From NCBI RefSeq assembly GCF_052425735.1, contig NC_135758.1, forward strand, positions 24,304,001 through 24,368,000: 64,000 bases of DNA, written 5' to 3'. Position numbers and translations under genes: made by a program. Below the pieces are notes generated by a model that was not told the DNA's origin, did no database searches, and saw only the letters and a program-made list of their open reading frames with translations. This document shows positions 51,829 through 64,000 of the stretch, one piece after another. The DNA comes from Oculina patagonica. Lineage: Eukaryota. Position 1 is the stretch's first letter; each line of letters opens with the position of its first letter.

Positions 51829-54140
51829 GGAGTAGTACGGCTCAGATATTTCGTTTCAATCTTCGTGTTGTAGAATTTTGTTCATTGTAGATGTAAGGAA
51901 AAGAGTCTGAGATAAACCCTTAATTCCCACCGAGTAAAGTTAATGTATTTCTATATGGGAATTAATTTGGAAAATGACTGTTTCGCGCAGAGGAGTATAT
52001 TCGTCTTTCCATTAGGTATGTCAATTTTTTCCACAGGCCTCTACCGTGAATCGCTTCGATTACTTCACCTGCCCCACGTGAACCGAAACGAATTAACCAC
52101 GCGCCTGGTAAAGAGGACTAGGAACTAGGCAAGATTCACAGGACGTCGATTAAAACGACGTTGTTCCCACTTTGTCTTTGATTAAACTATTACACCATAG
52201 AGGAAACAGGAAGGCATCTGTTTAGGCTATGCAACCACTTTGGTGCGAGTGTGAAAGCTATTTTGTACACAGCAGTATTGCAATATATTTTAAAGTGTTA
52301 AATTAAATTAAAGGAAATGCAGAAAAGTGTTCCTTGTCTTGAATGACTTATTAAATTCAACCCCTCAGCTTTACTAGTAAGTTGAGCATATATTGGAAGC
52401 CAGCTATCTCGGACCCTTTAATTGTAAGGTAAATGTAGGTTAAGTCTGCATACGAGCCTAGTAGCCTGTCAGGCTGGAGCTTATCCCGATTTCCGTAGCA
52501 TGAAGCAACTAGGAGTATTTCTACTCCCCCTGGATGGGATGCTAGTCCATCGCAGGGTTATTCTCCAGCATAAAAATCACCGGTACCCATTTACAGCGTA
52601 GAATTCCGAAAATTTGCCTTTTTGCGAAATAACTTCACATCACTCTTTGGTAATAAGTTTCTTTTATATGTTTTTTTCCATGAGACATACCCTTTTTAAA
52701 TGAAAAGACATTTTTTATTCATATTTCATTCGTAATTGTTTCTTCAGGACTCCCATAAATGTTAAGCGGAAATTGCCTAAAGAGGTAATCAATTACCAGT
52801 ACCAACACGATAAACATCAAGTACAGTCAAGAATCTACACTCAAATTGCAATGAAATGTATGTCCAAGTTTACAAAACAATCAAGAATGTCTTCATAACC
52901 CCAGACGTTTTGCAGTTTTGGTTGATTTAGAGTTAACTCTTGTTCCAGTGTACTGGTGTTTCGCTCTCTGTACTCTATCCGCGCTTTTGTAACTAGTACA
53001 CACGTGTACTAGATTCCAGAACGGATGGAGATTTGACTTTTGTTAGTACCCTGCCGAAAAAAAGAAGTAAAATTAGTAAAGAAACTCTGAGTAACGCAAT
53101 TGCCATTTCATGCATTGTTCATATATTCCTGTGATGCATTTCTAGAGTAAAAATTAAACATGCAAGTGTTGGGGTGGGTACGGCTAAACGTAGGCTCGTG
53201 ATTAGACTATCTTCTGTCCAATTAACGGAATTTCAGTTTGAATTCGTCCAAAACTAAATGCAACACGTTTTGACTGGCTAAATAATGAACTCATTAGAGT
53301 ATTTTTTTTTACTTGTAAAACAACATTTACAATGAGTGCTAATTATATAAATAGCCAAAACTAAGCAAACTAAGCAACAAAATATAATGGCCCAAATGTT
53401 GTAGTAACTATTCCATACATGGGTAAGTAAAAACCACTCTTAAGTAAATCCCTATACCTCCTTTTAAATAGCTGGTAATCTTTGATTCAAAAGTTTACCT
53501 TATAAGCTTCCAATGCTTCCATAGTCATAAGCCGGGCTTACAGGACACTTTATCCAAGTCTCAAATCCTTTTGATCTTCGAAAGGAAGACTATATCAGTC
53601 GGTATACATAAGTTTTAACGGGTTTATTATATGATGTTCAGGCAGTTTCACCAAGAAATTATTTCACGTAAACAATTAACAATAACAACAGTTTAACGTT
53701 ACATGCATCATTTTAGCTATAATCTAGTTTTTCCTTCCCTCGACGTCCACACATCATAGCCGACTGGAAAAGTGCGAGGACATGTCGACAGAATGGATTT
53801 GCATCATCTTCTATTTACAACAACAAAAAATGTTTTTATAATTCTTTTTCATTAAGGGTAAAAAATGCCTCGGTGCCTGCACTGTTTCTGCATTGCTCTT
53901 TGATTGGCTCATAACTGAAAGTCGTGTAAGACATGCTCCAACCACTCAGAGCGAAGCTAGATGTGCACGTGACTATTCCTACGTGGAGTTACGTTGCTCA
54001 TTCGCGGAGTCACGTTGTTCACTGTGTATCCACAGTAGCCCGTTTTAAAAACAACTATGGTTCTATTGAGAAAGGATTTAAAAAGTGAGGGTTCCATATT
54101 CCTAAATAATTATAAAACAGAATTTCAGCAGCCAAAAAAC

Positions 54141-57100
54141 TTACTTTCCACTTGAGTCGTTGAACTTCTTACATATCATTCTACAATCTTGGATGTCTTG
54201 TCGCACATGTTCTAACAGCGCTTCGTGCTGTCTGTTTAGTTTCTGAAAGAAGGTTAATCTCTTTTTTATTCTGTTTGTCGTGTCTTCGTTGATGCAGTTT
54301 CTGAATGCGTCAAGTCTGAGTTTTTCTTTCTCTATTAACAAGTCTTGTTGTTTCTGCGCCTCGCGGAACTTGCTCAGGAAGCCCAGAATCTTTTCACGAC
54401 ATTCGGTTCCTTCGTCGCCGTTTTTTGCCACCTTCTGCCAGTTATGCACCTCGGTTCGGACTTGTACCTGCAAAAATATCGATTTGTAGTTGGAGGTCAC
54501 AAGATGGGAAACACTTCTTTGATGAGACTCAATCAGTTGCTCTTACAAAGAGGACAACCTACGTTATAAACAGTAAGATCACAAGCAAAAGAGCATAGGT
54601 CTTCGCGTATAGGGTGAAAATGAAAATGAAAAAAAAAAAAGAAGTACAAGTTACGAACCGATACCCTTTGTAATCTCGATAAAAAACGCGTTAGCACTTA
54701 CATATGACCCACTGACAACCTTTAATCCGCAATTAAATAGAGTGAAGCCTTTAGGCAGCATAAAATACAGAATACATCTCGAACTTATTTAAAGAAGTTC
54801 TTTCATTATATATAGAGTGTTGACAGTATAAATGGATGATTTACCAAGGTCCGCAAGCACATTTCGACGAACACCCGTCTACATGTACTATGTGTGGTGA
54901 ATTTATGAAAAAAATCCGTTGATTCTTCAATGCAATCATCTTGAAAAAAACACTTAACTAACAGATATTCTGAATTTGACGAAACAAGCCAGACTGCTTC
55001 GACGAACAGTTTTCCCGATTTTTCCTTTTGGGCCCGGTGGGAGAAGGGAGGTACGTACATACTGTTTCGTTCTACACATTTATTGCTTATGATTTTAATA
55101 AAATAAATTGCTTTTTTACCTGAATTATTTTCTTCTGTTCTTGGTATTGCTGGCAAAGCTTGGTGAAGTGTTCAAACTTGTAGTCGGGAGGAGATTGCAC
55201 AGTGTTGACTAGCTATTGTACATATAAAACCATAATGGCAATTAGATTGTTCTTACAAGGGTTATAAACGTAACTCACAGAACTGCTAGCAAGGTGCCAG
55301 CCGGTCGGCTTCCCTCAAGATAAGAAAAAATTAGATTGGCTAGGACTGCTTATTGATGGAACACAGTTGGTAGTGATAGGTTTTTTCGAAGGTCCTTTAT
55401 GCCTGTCATTAAAAGACCGTTATTTTAAAGGAAGAGTTGATCTTTGTTGTCGAAACCAGCTTCAAACAAATAGCTACAACATAGATATGTTACACCTCGT
55501 CTAGATAAAAATGATCTACACGACCTGCGGCTAATTCAGGTTGTACATAAAACAATAAGTCTTGACCTGGAGTTGTGGTTAACACAGATAAAACAATAAA
55601 AAGTGATTGTTTTTACCCAGAAACTCTCAATAACTCGCTATGGATTCTACGTGAGGCCAAATTGATTAGAATTTTAAGTATTGGTTTTGTGGAGGAAGAA
55701 AAACCGAAAAAAGTAAGAGATAAACCCCTGAAGCAGAGACGGAGAGCCATCTATTCAGCCATAAACCAGGCTCAGATTTCATCAGATTTTCCGGCTTTAG
55801 TGACCCAAAAAGTGATTGTGCTATAGGATGGAAAATAGACTTACCTATGTCACGGTTATATCAAATTAACAATAACAAAGACATACAGACATTGACATTA
55901 CGATACACTTGTGACTGAGACCTGTCCTCACAACACTGATGGTAGCTGTCTTCTTGTTGTCTTGTCATTGGTCAGTTAGTCAGACACAGAATGACTACAC
56001 AAACATAGCTGCAATGCACAACTCAAAACAAACATTTAAAAGTAACAAAAAAACAAACACGTAAATGTACAAGTAAGTAGCCTTAATATGGTTTTATGCC
56101 ACAGAGACATTTCGTTCATCCTTACATGAACAAGATGCTAACGCCAAGTGCAAAGCAATAAGGCTTAGTATCTTTAATTAAAGACAAGATATGCCAGTCG
56201 AATTCATTCATACCCAGGCATGGTTAAATGGATTAAAAAGGGTTAACACTGGCTTAAAAAGGACGTTTTGTTGTTATAGTTCTCGTGTTGAATTCAAAAA
56301 CTCTTATTTTCTTAGAGCATTTATTATCACATTTATTGTATGTATTTTTAATTTGTTTCTTTCATATAACACCAAAGATGCCGTTAATCATTTACTTTTT
56401 TGGCTGAAGAAGGTAATAGCAGTAACTGAAACGTCCTAACATAGTTTTTTAAAGCCAGTGTCAATCGTTTTTAATCCATATGCCAATCAGCTTATTCTGA
56501 GAAATGTAAATCTTGTCATGGCATAAGTTTGCAACATTCAATTTGGACTCTCAGTAATATGCACAATACAAGAGTATAATTTTTTTCCTATATTGCGTTT
56601 AAAAATCCAATTTGTAAGTAAAGTTTGTAATTTTAGATACGGGTGTTGCTCTTCTGCATGGAAGATACGTTTTTATTTCAATTATCCCTGCAAGTGTCAG
56701 AATGAAACGGTTTTGGTTTCATTCCAAACATTTACGAAACAGACTCTATGTGTATTGGCAAAAAAAACTTGAAACTGTCCTTGAGAAACAGATCTTTAAA
56801 TCAAGAATAAGTCTAAAAATCACATTTGCAGCCCGACAGGTCCGACACGAACTCTTGAAGACCCGAGAAAGTGTGATAATGATAATATTTATAATTCTCG
56901 CCAGGTAAATATTAAGCTGATTGCGAAGAAACATCTGGCAGACCTGCTGTGTAAGATGCGGGACAGACAAGCCGTAATGCATAAAAAGAGAAAGAAATTG
57001 AAACAAGAATGGTAATATGATAAATTTAGTTGGTAAAATGAACAGGATTTGAGACAAAAAAATAACAGTCACCAACCGTATTGTTGTTTTGTTTTACTGG

Positions 57101-57154
57101 TGGCAGTGCAGGTGGCTTATTGGCCAAGCCCACCGAGCTCATTGTAGTTCCCAT
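54141..57154 (-). CDS. Second copy (probable allele) of family member A. Exons 57154-57077, 55212-55120, 54467-54141
   Basis: Same exon sizes (78, 93, 327 nt) and splice sites as copy 1, with few substitutions (M8V, H>Q, LLSQF>FLSKF). Confidence 0.7.
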
Positions 57155-59320
57155 GGCAACCTGCCAAGGGCTTGGTTTTAGGAAAGTGTTTTTCTCCAAA
57201 TTTTTTCCTGAAATTATAAAAATAAAAATATAATGATTTTAAAGAAAAAAGAATTTAAAAGTAATTCTTAGCACTATTTTACAGCTTAAAATAAGTTCTT
57301 TTAGTGTGTGAAACTGTTGCTATATAATCTGCATGTCGAAAAACATGTCAAGCTTCAAAAGCGATACCTGTTTTAAAATTAACAGTCGGGCGCTGTTCCA
57401 GAATAGTTTTCTATTAGCTTAGCTTGAATTTAGCTAATTCAAAGCAATTTGCTTCAACGAAGAGCTTTCCTTTTCAACAGTTCGCGCGAGCATTGTTCAA
57501 ATTATTTATAATTTCATGCATCGAAAAGAGAACAAAAATAACAACAATACAGCTATATATAATAACAGGTCCAATACAGTTACATATTCCCTGCAGAGGT
57601 TTTCGCTGAATATTCAAGTTTTTCTACATGCCTAAAGCATAACAGGGACCACTAAGGGCTCGGATGTAACAACGTTAGAATAAAAAATGTATCAAATGAG
57701 ACAATTGCAAAACGATTTCGGTATTGAGTTGAATTATTACAAAGGCTTTGTTGCTTTAAATACTCCTAGAATCACGAGCTTAATTCGAAAAAAATAAATT
57801 GTAAAGGAGACAACCTTACATTTTTAGAGTAGCATATGCTTACCTGGGAAAGTCAGTGCACAATGTAGTTATTCGGATATACCTCTTGCTAATCGCCACT
57901 TGTTAACAAAAACCTCACGATGTGCACGTTTTACGTTGCACGACGGGCTGAGTGCAGGTGTACTGCAAAAGCTTTTCTCTTTCCCAGTTAAATCTGCTGG
58001 GAGGAAGCGCTTGTTTGCCAGTTGATTTCTGTTGATAAACTGTTTTGCTGAAAGGTTTGGGAATTGTGTAGACGCACTAACGCAGACTGATGATGTGAAG
58101 TCATCGCGTCAAAAACGTGCGGCATCGACTGCAAGGTTAATACGCCCTGCAATATCAGACCTATGACACCACATGGGCAAAAGTGAATTGTGTTGTTTTT
58201 CTACCAGGAATTTATTGAAAATGGGCGAGCCCGTGTCAGCGGTATCACGAATTAAGGCGCGGCTTTTTGGCAACCAGCCGGTTTACAAGTAAAAGGGTTC
58301 CTTTACCGGATGAAAACTACACAAGCAAACTGCTTTTAACTGTTTAAGTTGATTCAAGAAAGTGTAAACACCTACGCGACTTTGATAATCTAATAGCGAT
58401 TAATAAAGTACTAGTTGTTTTGAATTAACCAAGAATACTAAATAAAAAGCCTAAAGATGCATCTGGACAGGGTTAGTCTCGATCCGAAGTATAATTTCAC
58501 AAATATCAGTGCATGCATCGGCCATTTTCCGCTGGTATTTGTGAGTATTTTACTTCAGATTGAGACTACCTTTGATGCTTCTTAAGTGTTTTTTTCAGCG
58601 GTCTTGGTTACTTTGAATCATTAAGGACAGCAAAGTTCTGTTATTTAATTTTTTAAAAAACCATTTTGTAATTATTGTTTTAAATTAACAATTTTTTTAT
58701 GTTTACCCAGGCCTCCACTAGACACCAGCCTATGGCTTTGCCCTGAATGTGCCACCTTGCTTGCTCCTTATGTCACGTTCAATTTTATAAAAGTCACTTT
58801 CCTGACGTGCAAAATTCAGATTTTCAACATTGAAGAAAACTTTAAAATAACAGTTTTCCAATATAGAAAAACACCGAAAAGAATTAATAAAAAAAGAAAA
58901 TGAACAAGGATGATTACTTCGAAAGGAAGCCGGATTAAGACGGAAAACCAAACAACAACCTTGAAAAAAAAAATTGGCCAATTTTTCCCAAGATTCGCCG
59001 GCTTTCCAGTCGTCAGTCCAGTCCCGAGTATTAAAATACTCGGGAGGTACACTGGGAAATAGGCCTTAAAGGCTCTCCTCGAATTTTGAAAATAACATTT
59101 GCGAATTTGGTCACCCGTAGAATATGTCATAAAGGCGTAGAGAAACAGGTAAAATTTAAAAGTTGGTTTAGGGAATACGCACAAGTGTAAGCATTAACAT
59201 AAGTATAAGTCACAATTTGAAAATGTAGAGGAGCACTCGACGCTTTGATAATTTCGTGGTAACCTTCCTTCTGGATCCGACCGAAGAAAGGGGTGCGTGT
59301 ACTAGACGTCACTCAAAGTA

Positions 59321-59538
59321 TAGAACAGACAGCTTAAATTGCAAGGCTAGTACAGCGGAAATGAAGATACAGTAGGCTGGCTTTTTCATGGCCAATATTT
59401 CGACGAGTAGTACTAGTCTTACTCCTACTCTGGCACCGTAGAAGACTTGATCTGCTAGTCGAAATAGTGGCCATTAAAAGGCCTGCCTATATCTTAATTT
59501 CCGTCGTACTAGCCTTGCAATTTAAGTTGTTTGTTCTA
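59321..59538. repeat. Long imperfect inverted repeat (fold-back), arms ~100 bp
   Basis: GCTTAAATTGCAAGGCTAGTACAGCGGAAAT...ATATTTCGAC pairs with GTCGAAATAG...ATTTCCGTCGTACTAGCCTTGCAATTTAAG. Confidence 0.85.
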
Positions 59539-60003
59539 AAAGTAAAAGCATAACCCGAGATCATGCCCTCCCTCCCTATTTACTTCCCTCCCTCATTCTT
59601 GTCATGATGTCATTACACGACATAAAGGTAAGCATTATGCAGAAGCACAAGAAGGACGAACCTTTTTGTTTTCTTGTGCTTTAATATGGTTATGCCATAG
59701 CGATTCCTAGTAAGGACTGCAAAAGTGTGTGTTTGATCTTCTTATGCGCTAATGTTAATTCTTATGCTTGCGTCTATCGACGATTCCAAATCAAGATTTA
59801 CAGCAAGGCGCCCAAAAATGTGACCACCTTTAATTAATTCACATTCTTTCGTACAACCACCATCCAATCAGAAGCCAAGGACAGCTCCCAGTTGACTTCT
59901 GATTGGATTAAATCTGCACGGAAGAATGTGAATAAATTAAAAGTGGTCGCACTTTGGGCGCCTTGCTGTAATTTAGTTTGGCGCGCAAAAAGAGAGGATT
60001 TAA

Positions 60004-60300
60004 GGAGGCAGCGTGGCCTGGTGGCTAGGGCGGTCAACTTGTAATCCGGAGGTCCCGGGCTCAAATCCTCCTTAATTCCTGCTGGTTGGACTTGTGTTCG
60101 GTAGTCCCGATTTCAGCTCCTTCACGCTTTGTAAATAGCCAACTCAACTGGTCAGCCTCTTGCCAGTTGGGATTTTTAATTTAACAAGTTTCTGTTCTAT
60201 TGACAATATTTGTTCTTATATTTATGGTGTCCCCAATTAGCACAGCAGTGCTAAATACACTGACACTGAAATAAGATGATTTATTTTTTATTTTATTTTC
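60004..60300 (+). mobile_element. tRNA-derived SINE
   Basis: tRNA-like head GGAGGCAGCGTGGCCTGGTGG (A box) ... GGCTCAAATCC (degenerate B box), a body containing TTGTAAATAGCCAACT...CCAGTTGGGATT, and an AT-rich tail. Confidence 0.7.
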
Positions 60301-60713
60301 ATTTAAAAGAAATGGTGAAGAAATTATAACTTCAAAGAAGACCGCGTAAGATAAAATCGCAGACTTGTGTTTACACCAAACTTAGTTTTGCCCACCCGCC
60401 CGCCCGCCTACTTGATTGGTTGAAGTTAAATCAGCTGCATTGTTTGATCAAAAAGATAATCTCGAACTTAAAAGTAAAAACATTAGGAAAATTACATTTT
60501 TTTCGAATAACGTTGATGGTTAAACAAAGTTAGGAGCTCATAAAAACTGGATGAATTGTAAGGTAGATTTTAACTGAGGTCAAAATAAATTGCTTGCCGT
60601 GACGAGTAATTCTTGCTGTTAGTAAATGCGCAAAGCCATTAACTCGGTGATTCACACTTTATTATCATCTGCGCCGACTCGCTTGCTCAATGCTCAGTGT
60701 TCGCGATGCAGTC

Positions 60714-60721
60714 TATAAATA
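60714..60721 (+). promoter_or_regulatory. Putative TATA box of member B
   Basis: CTATAAATA about 70 nt upstream of ATG 60788. Confidence 0.4.
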
Positions 60722-60787
60722 TGGTATGCTATCTCGTTTGAGTTGATAAGTGTGCTTGCAGACCTTCGATTTGACTTCAGTTTTATC

Positions 60788-63745
60788 ATGGGAATTGTTT
60801 TGTCGTTTTGCTGGAGAATGCTTCACAGACTTCCCCTTACAAAAGAAACACCAAAAACAGAGACGCAGCAACAGAAGGCAGACGATTCAAGACTGACGGT
60901 AAAATTTTAGTGTTAAGGATATATCGTTCGAGCGAAAGCGCCAGGTGCCGTGCGCGGTTCAACAGATACCGGTCGCATTTCATTTTGTCGGGGCAGTTTT
61001 AAATGACAACTTAAAACAGTAAGAATCAAAACCTTGAACAATAATATTTGACTTTACACAGCAAGGATTCTTTGAAGATGACAAAAATATCTAAATTGAC
61101 TTTCGCGAGCTCGTTTCCAGTAATAAAATATGTTACACGAATTTCTCGTAACGTTAAACTTCATGTAGCACTGATAGATTTGAAACAGTTCATGATTTTG
61201 TTTCTTGTGGAATCTATGTGAGAGAAAAAAAATGTTTTTTTTAAACAAAGCTGGGCGAACTACATGAGAATATAAATAACCTGTGAATTGAGTTTAGTTT
61301 TAGCAACAGGAAATGCGATATAATTTTTTTATTTTTACATTCGTTCAAAATAGATAGTCAAATCAGTTTATCACTTTATTTTATCGTTCAATACGTGCTT
61401 CGCATGTTCGGGTATCTGTATCATTTCTACATCTTTGATTTTTTATTGATACAAAAGTGCAGTTTAAAATTTTAATGTCAACTTGAGTTTATAACGTCTA
61501 AACAGAAATAATTTTCTTATTGCCCTTTATGCGCTGCCAATCAAAATCCGTGCCTCTATTGGCGCACGAGGATTAACATTAAAATCCGTGTATTTTTTTA
61601 TCGGCCAGACTTGAAACAGGATCGGATTAGCTCTTGTGAAAAAATTTAATCAGTCGGCAGAGGAATACAGAAACCTAAAGGTTTTGCAAATATTTAAAGT
61701 GGTTATCTTGAACAATTATGGTGGATTGGGATAAAGATACACACCAGTAAAATATAAGATCGCTGGCTTTTGACTCTGAGAGTAATTTGAATGATTGACA
61801 TAATTTGAAAACACCTGCTTGCAACTTCCAAAACACGATGCCGCAAGCCCTCAGCAAGTCAGGAATATAAACTATTTTCTTCTCATCCGCATGCCAACTC
61901 TGATAAATGACTGTCTCAATAAAAGTGGAATCGCCGAAGAAAAAGCTTGATTTAAAGCTCAACTAGACAAAAACAACGCAACAAAACTAAGCCAAGGATT
62001 TGAAATAGTTATAATTGATCAACATGATTTTCAGTCAATTGATAAGACAGTTGACTCGGGGTAAAGAAAAATTTATCCGATACTCGAAATTCATATTAAA
62101 GGAAATAGTGCCGTATAAGCAGATTTAGCAGCGCTTTTGAGACTGTGATTGAAAGCCGTGAGTGACGTTCCTGCTGGATCCTGATGTAACTTGCAAACTT
62201 AGATGGCTGTCCACAACCAAAATAACATTAATATTTACATTACGGAGTTCGAAGTAAATATCGTATCGGTCTTATTTTAATGTTTTATGTATTGCATTCG
62301 ACTGCTGGCCGAGAGGAAGAAGCTAAACTTTGATAGACAACATTGTCTGGACTTCTTGAATTTCCATTACATGTGGCTCATGCAGAAATCTCAAAACCAA
62401 GTGAAAACCATTTTTATTTATAAGTCAATGGGAAAAAGCATAGCAGTACGAAGCCCCCTTTTCCTCTAGTTTGAAGGACTGATGGAATAGTTATCAGTAT
62501 ACCGCATAAGAGGAGAATCGAAGATAAGACTTCTTCCCAGAGTTTTCCCTCACTGCCAAACCCTATGACTCAGATGGAGCACGAGTCCCATATTTTAAAT
62601 TGCAACTAAAATGTAACCGCTATCTGTGAGAAATTTATCATCTGATCACATCCATTGACAACTGGGTACGCTGTTTTTTCGGTGTAACATTATGCCCCTG
62701 GGATTATTGTCCCCCCTACCCTAGATGGGATACTTGTCCATTCGCAGGTTACTCTCCAGCATTGTTTCAGATTTCTCAACAATTGGCAGGCACCCATTCA
62801 TACATTCGGGGGAAAAGTACCAAGTGATAACGAAATCCCGCCTCCGAGGCGGTACTGAGCTTGCGGTGTTTGCCCCAGAAGTCGCTAAGCGACTTAACGT
62901 AATTGTTCGCGTGATTGCTTTCGGAATACTCGGGAGCGCTCGCGTTAGTTTTTGATTGGTTGAAATAATTCGGAAACTCTTCGAGTTCTTTAAGGCACTT
63001 ATCTCCTGACAGCTGTATACTGCTGGGCGTAGAAAACGAATTGCCCTTCCAAAGAAAATAACCCGGTAGCTGGGTATAAGTAAGCATTAACATTTCAAAA
63101 TAAGCGAAAATAAATACCTTTGCTTTTGACAAAATGAATTATTTTTACATGTACCAGGATGTGCTGAGAAATGGCTCGCGGTGTTGTACTGACGTAACAT
63201 GTACCAGCTTGGTAAAGACTGCCAAGGAGCTGTTAACAAGAATGGAACAAATTCAAACACAACTTCATAACGAAGTTATCTTGTGGAAGTTGAGATTCAT
63301 AAGAGGCATCTGCAGCACAGAGAGTCGACAAAACTTCTACGAACTCCTTCGAAAGTTTAACTCGTTTCATGAAATGCTTGACGCCATTATTGAAAACGAA
63401 ATAAAGTATCTTAATGCGATAGACCCGGAACAAGAGGCAGGCGAAAATGCAGATGTTGAAGCCGCTAAAGCGTTGAAGAAAACACCAAGCGAAGACAAAA
63501 AAGCTTTAAAACGAAGAGCGAAGTTTTTCACAAAGGTACATGAACGCAATGTGAAACTGTTGTTTGTTGTCCTAAACGAAGTAGCAGAGTGCCGATCAAT
63601 GGTGGATTCTAATAGCCATGAGTGTTCAGACAGCTTAACTTTAGAAATGGAAGAAACTGGTAGATTCTTGAGCGTTTTGAAGGAATCCAACGAAGAACTG
63701 GTCGAATTTACGCCATCACGGCGTTGTTCTTACAAACCTGAATAA
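60788..63745 (+). CDS. Uncharacterised ~232-aa helical protein with an N-myristoylation motif (family member B). Exons 60788-60898, 63158-63745
   Basis: MGIVLSFCWRMLHRLPLTKETPKTETQQQKADDSRLT, then ACG|GTAAAA at 60899 and taccag|GAT at 63158 (phase 0) into the 63134 ORF. TATAAAT lies near 60715 and AATAAA overlaps the stop codon. Confidence 0.7.
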
Positions 63746-64000
63746 AATAAATTTAGAGAAGATCGTCGAAGTTATTTACGCAACTTATGCAGTTGCGAAA
63801 AGAAACCTGAAAGATAGCTCACGGAATTTTTTAAAATGATAAACATTAAAAGTGTGAGAGGTATTTGAATTATTGAGGTATTTAAACTCGTAAAATTAAG
63901 ACCAACAATATATTACTAGAGTGGGAGGGATTTGAAAATTAAAAATGAAGCCCTTAATTTACGCTGTAATTTGTTTATGGTAAAGGTCGCATTACACGAC

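Larger units (their letters stand above)
51533..59349. repeat. Copy 2 of the ~7.8-kb duplicate
   Basis: Begins at the first base after the N-gap. Near-identical to copy 1 except for a diverged central part. Confidence 0.95.

Noticed and set aside
60004-60075. tRNA gene
   Set aside because: Degenerate B box, no clean cloverleaf, and it continues into a SINE body.

Overview
This is AT-rich eukaryotic genomic DNA with GT-AG introns. It is probably from an anthozoan cnidarian such as a stony coral, inferred from the EGF-CCP-vWA-protease factor B architecture and the repeat types; the sequence alone does not prove this. From left to right it holds: (1) three tandem + strand genes for giant coiled-coil proteins (1-5658, 8434-16833, 22251-30833). 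Each has one multi-kb exon plus short 3' exons, and all three share an ungapped 34-aa C-terminal motif. The second has a ~550-aa Met/Glu pentapeptide-repeat head and 8 single-base frameshifts that look like sequencing indels. (2) A complete 10-exon complement factor B/C2-like gene (35879-43577). (3) A ~7.8-kb segment present twice on either side of a 500-N scaffold gap, probably two uncollapsed haplotypes. (4) A head-to-head pair of distant paralogs encoding small helical proteins, both beginning with an MGxxxS N-myristoylation motif, which I do not recognise as a known family and which the ORF track only partly shows. MITEs, SINEs, a LINE 3' end and microsatellites are scattered through introns and intergenic DNA.
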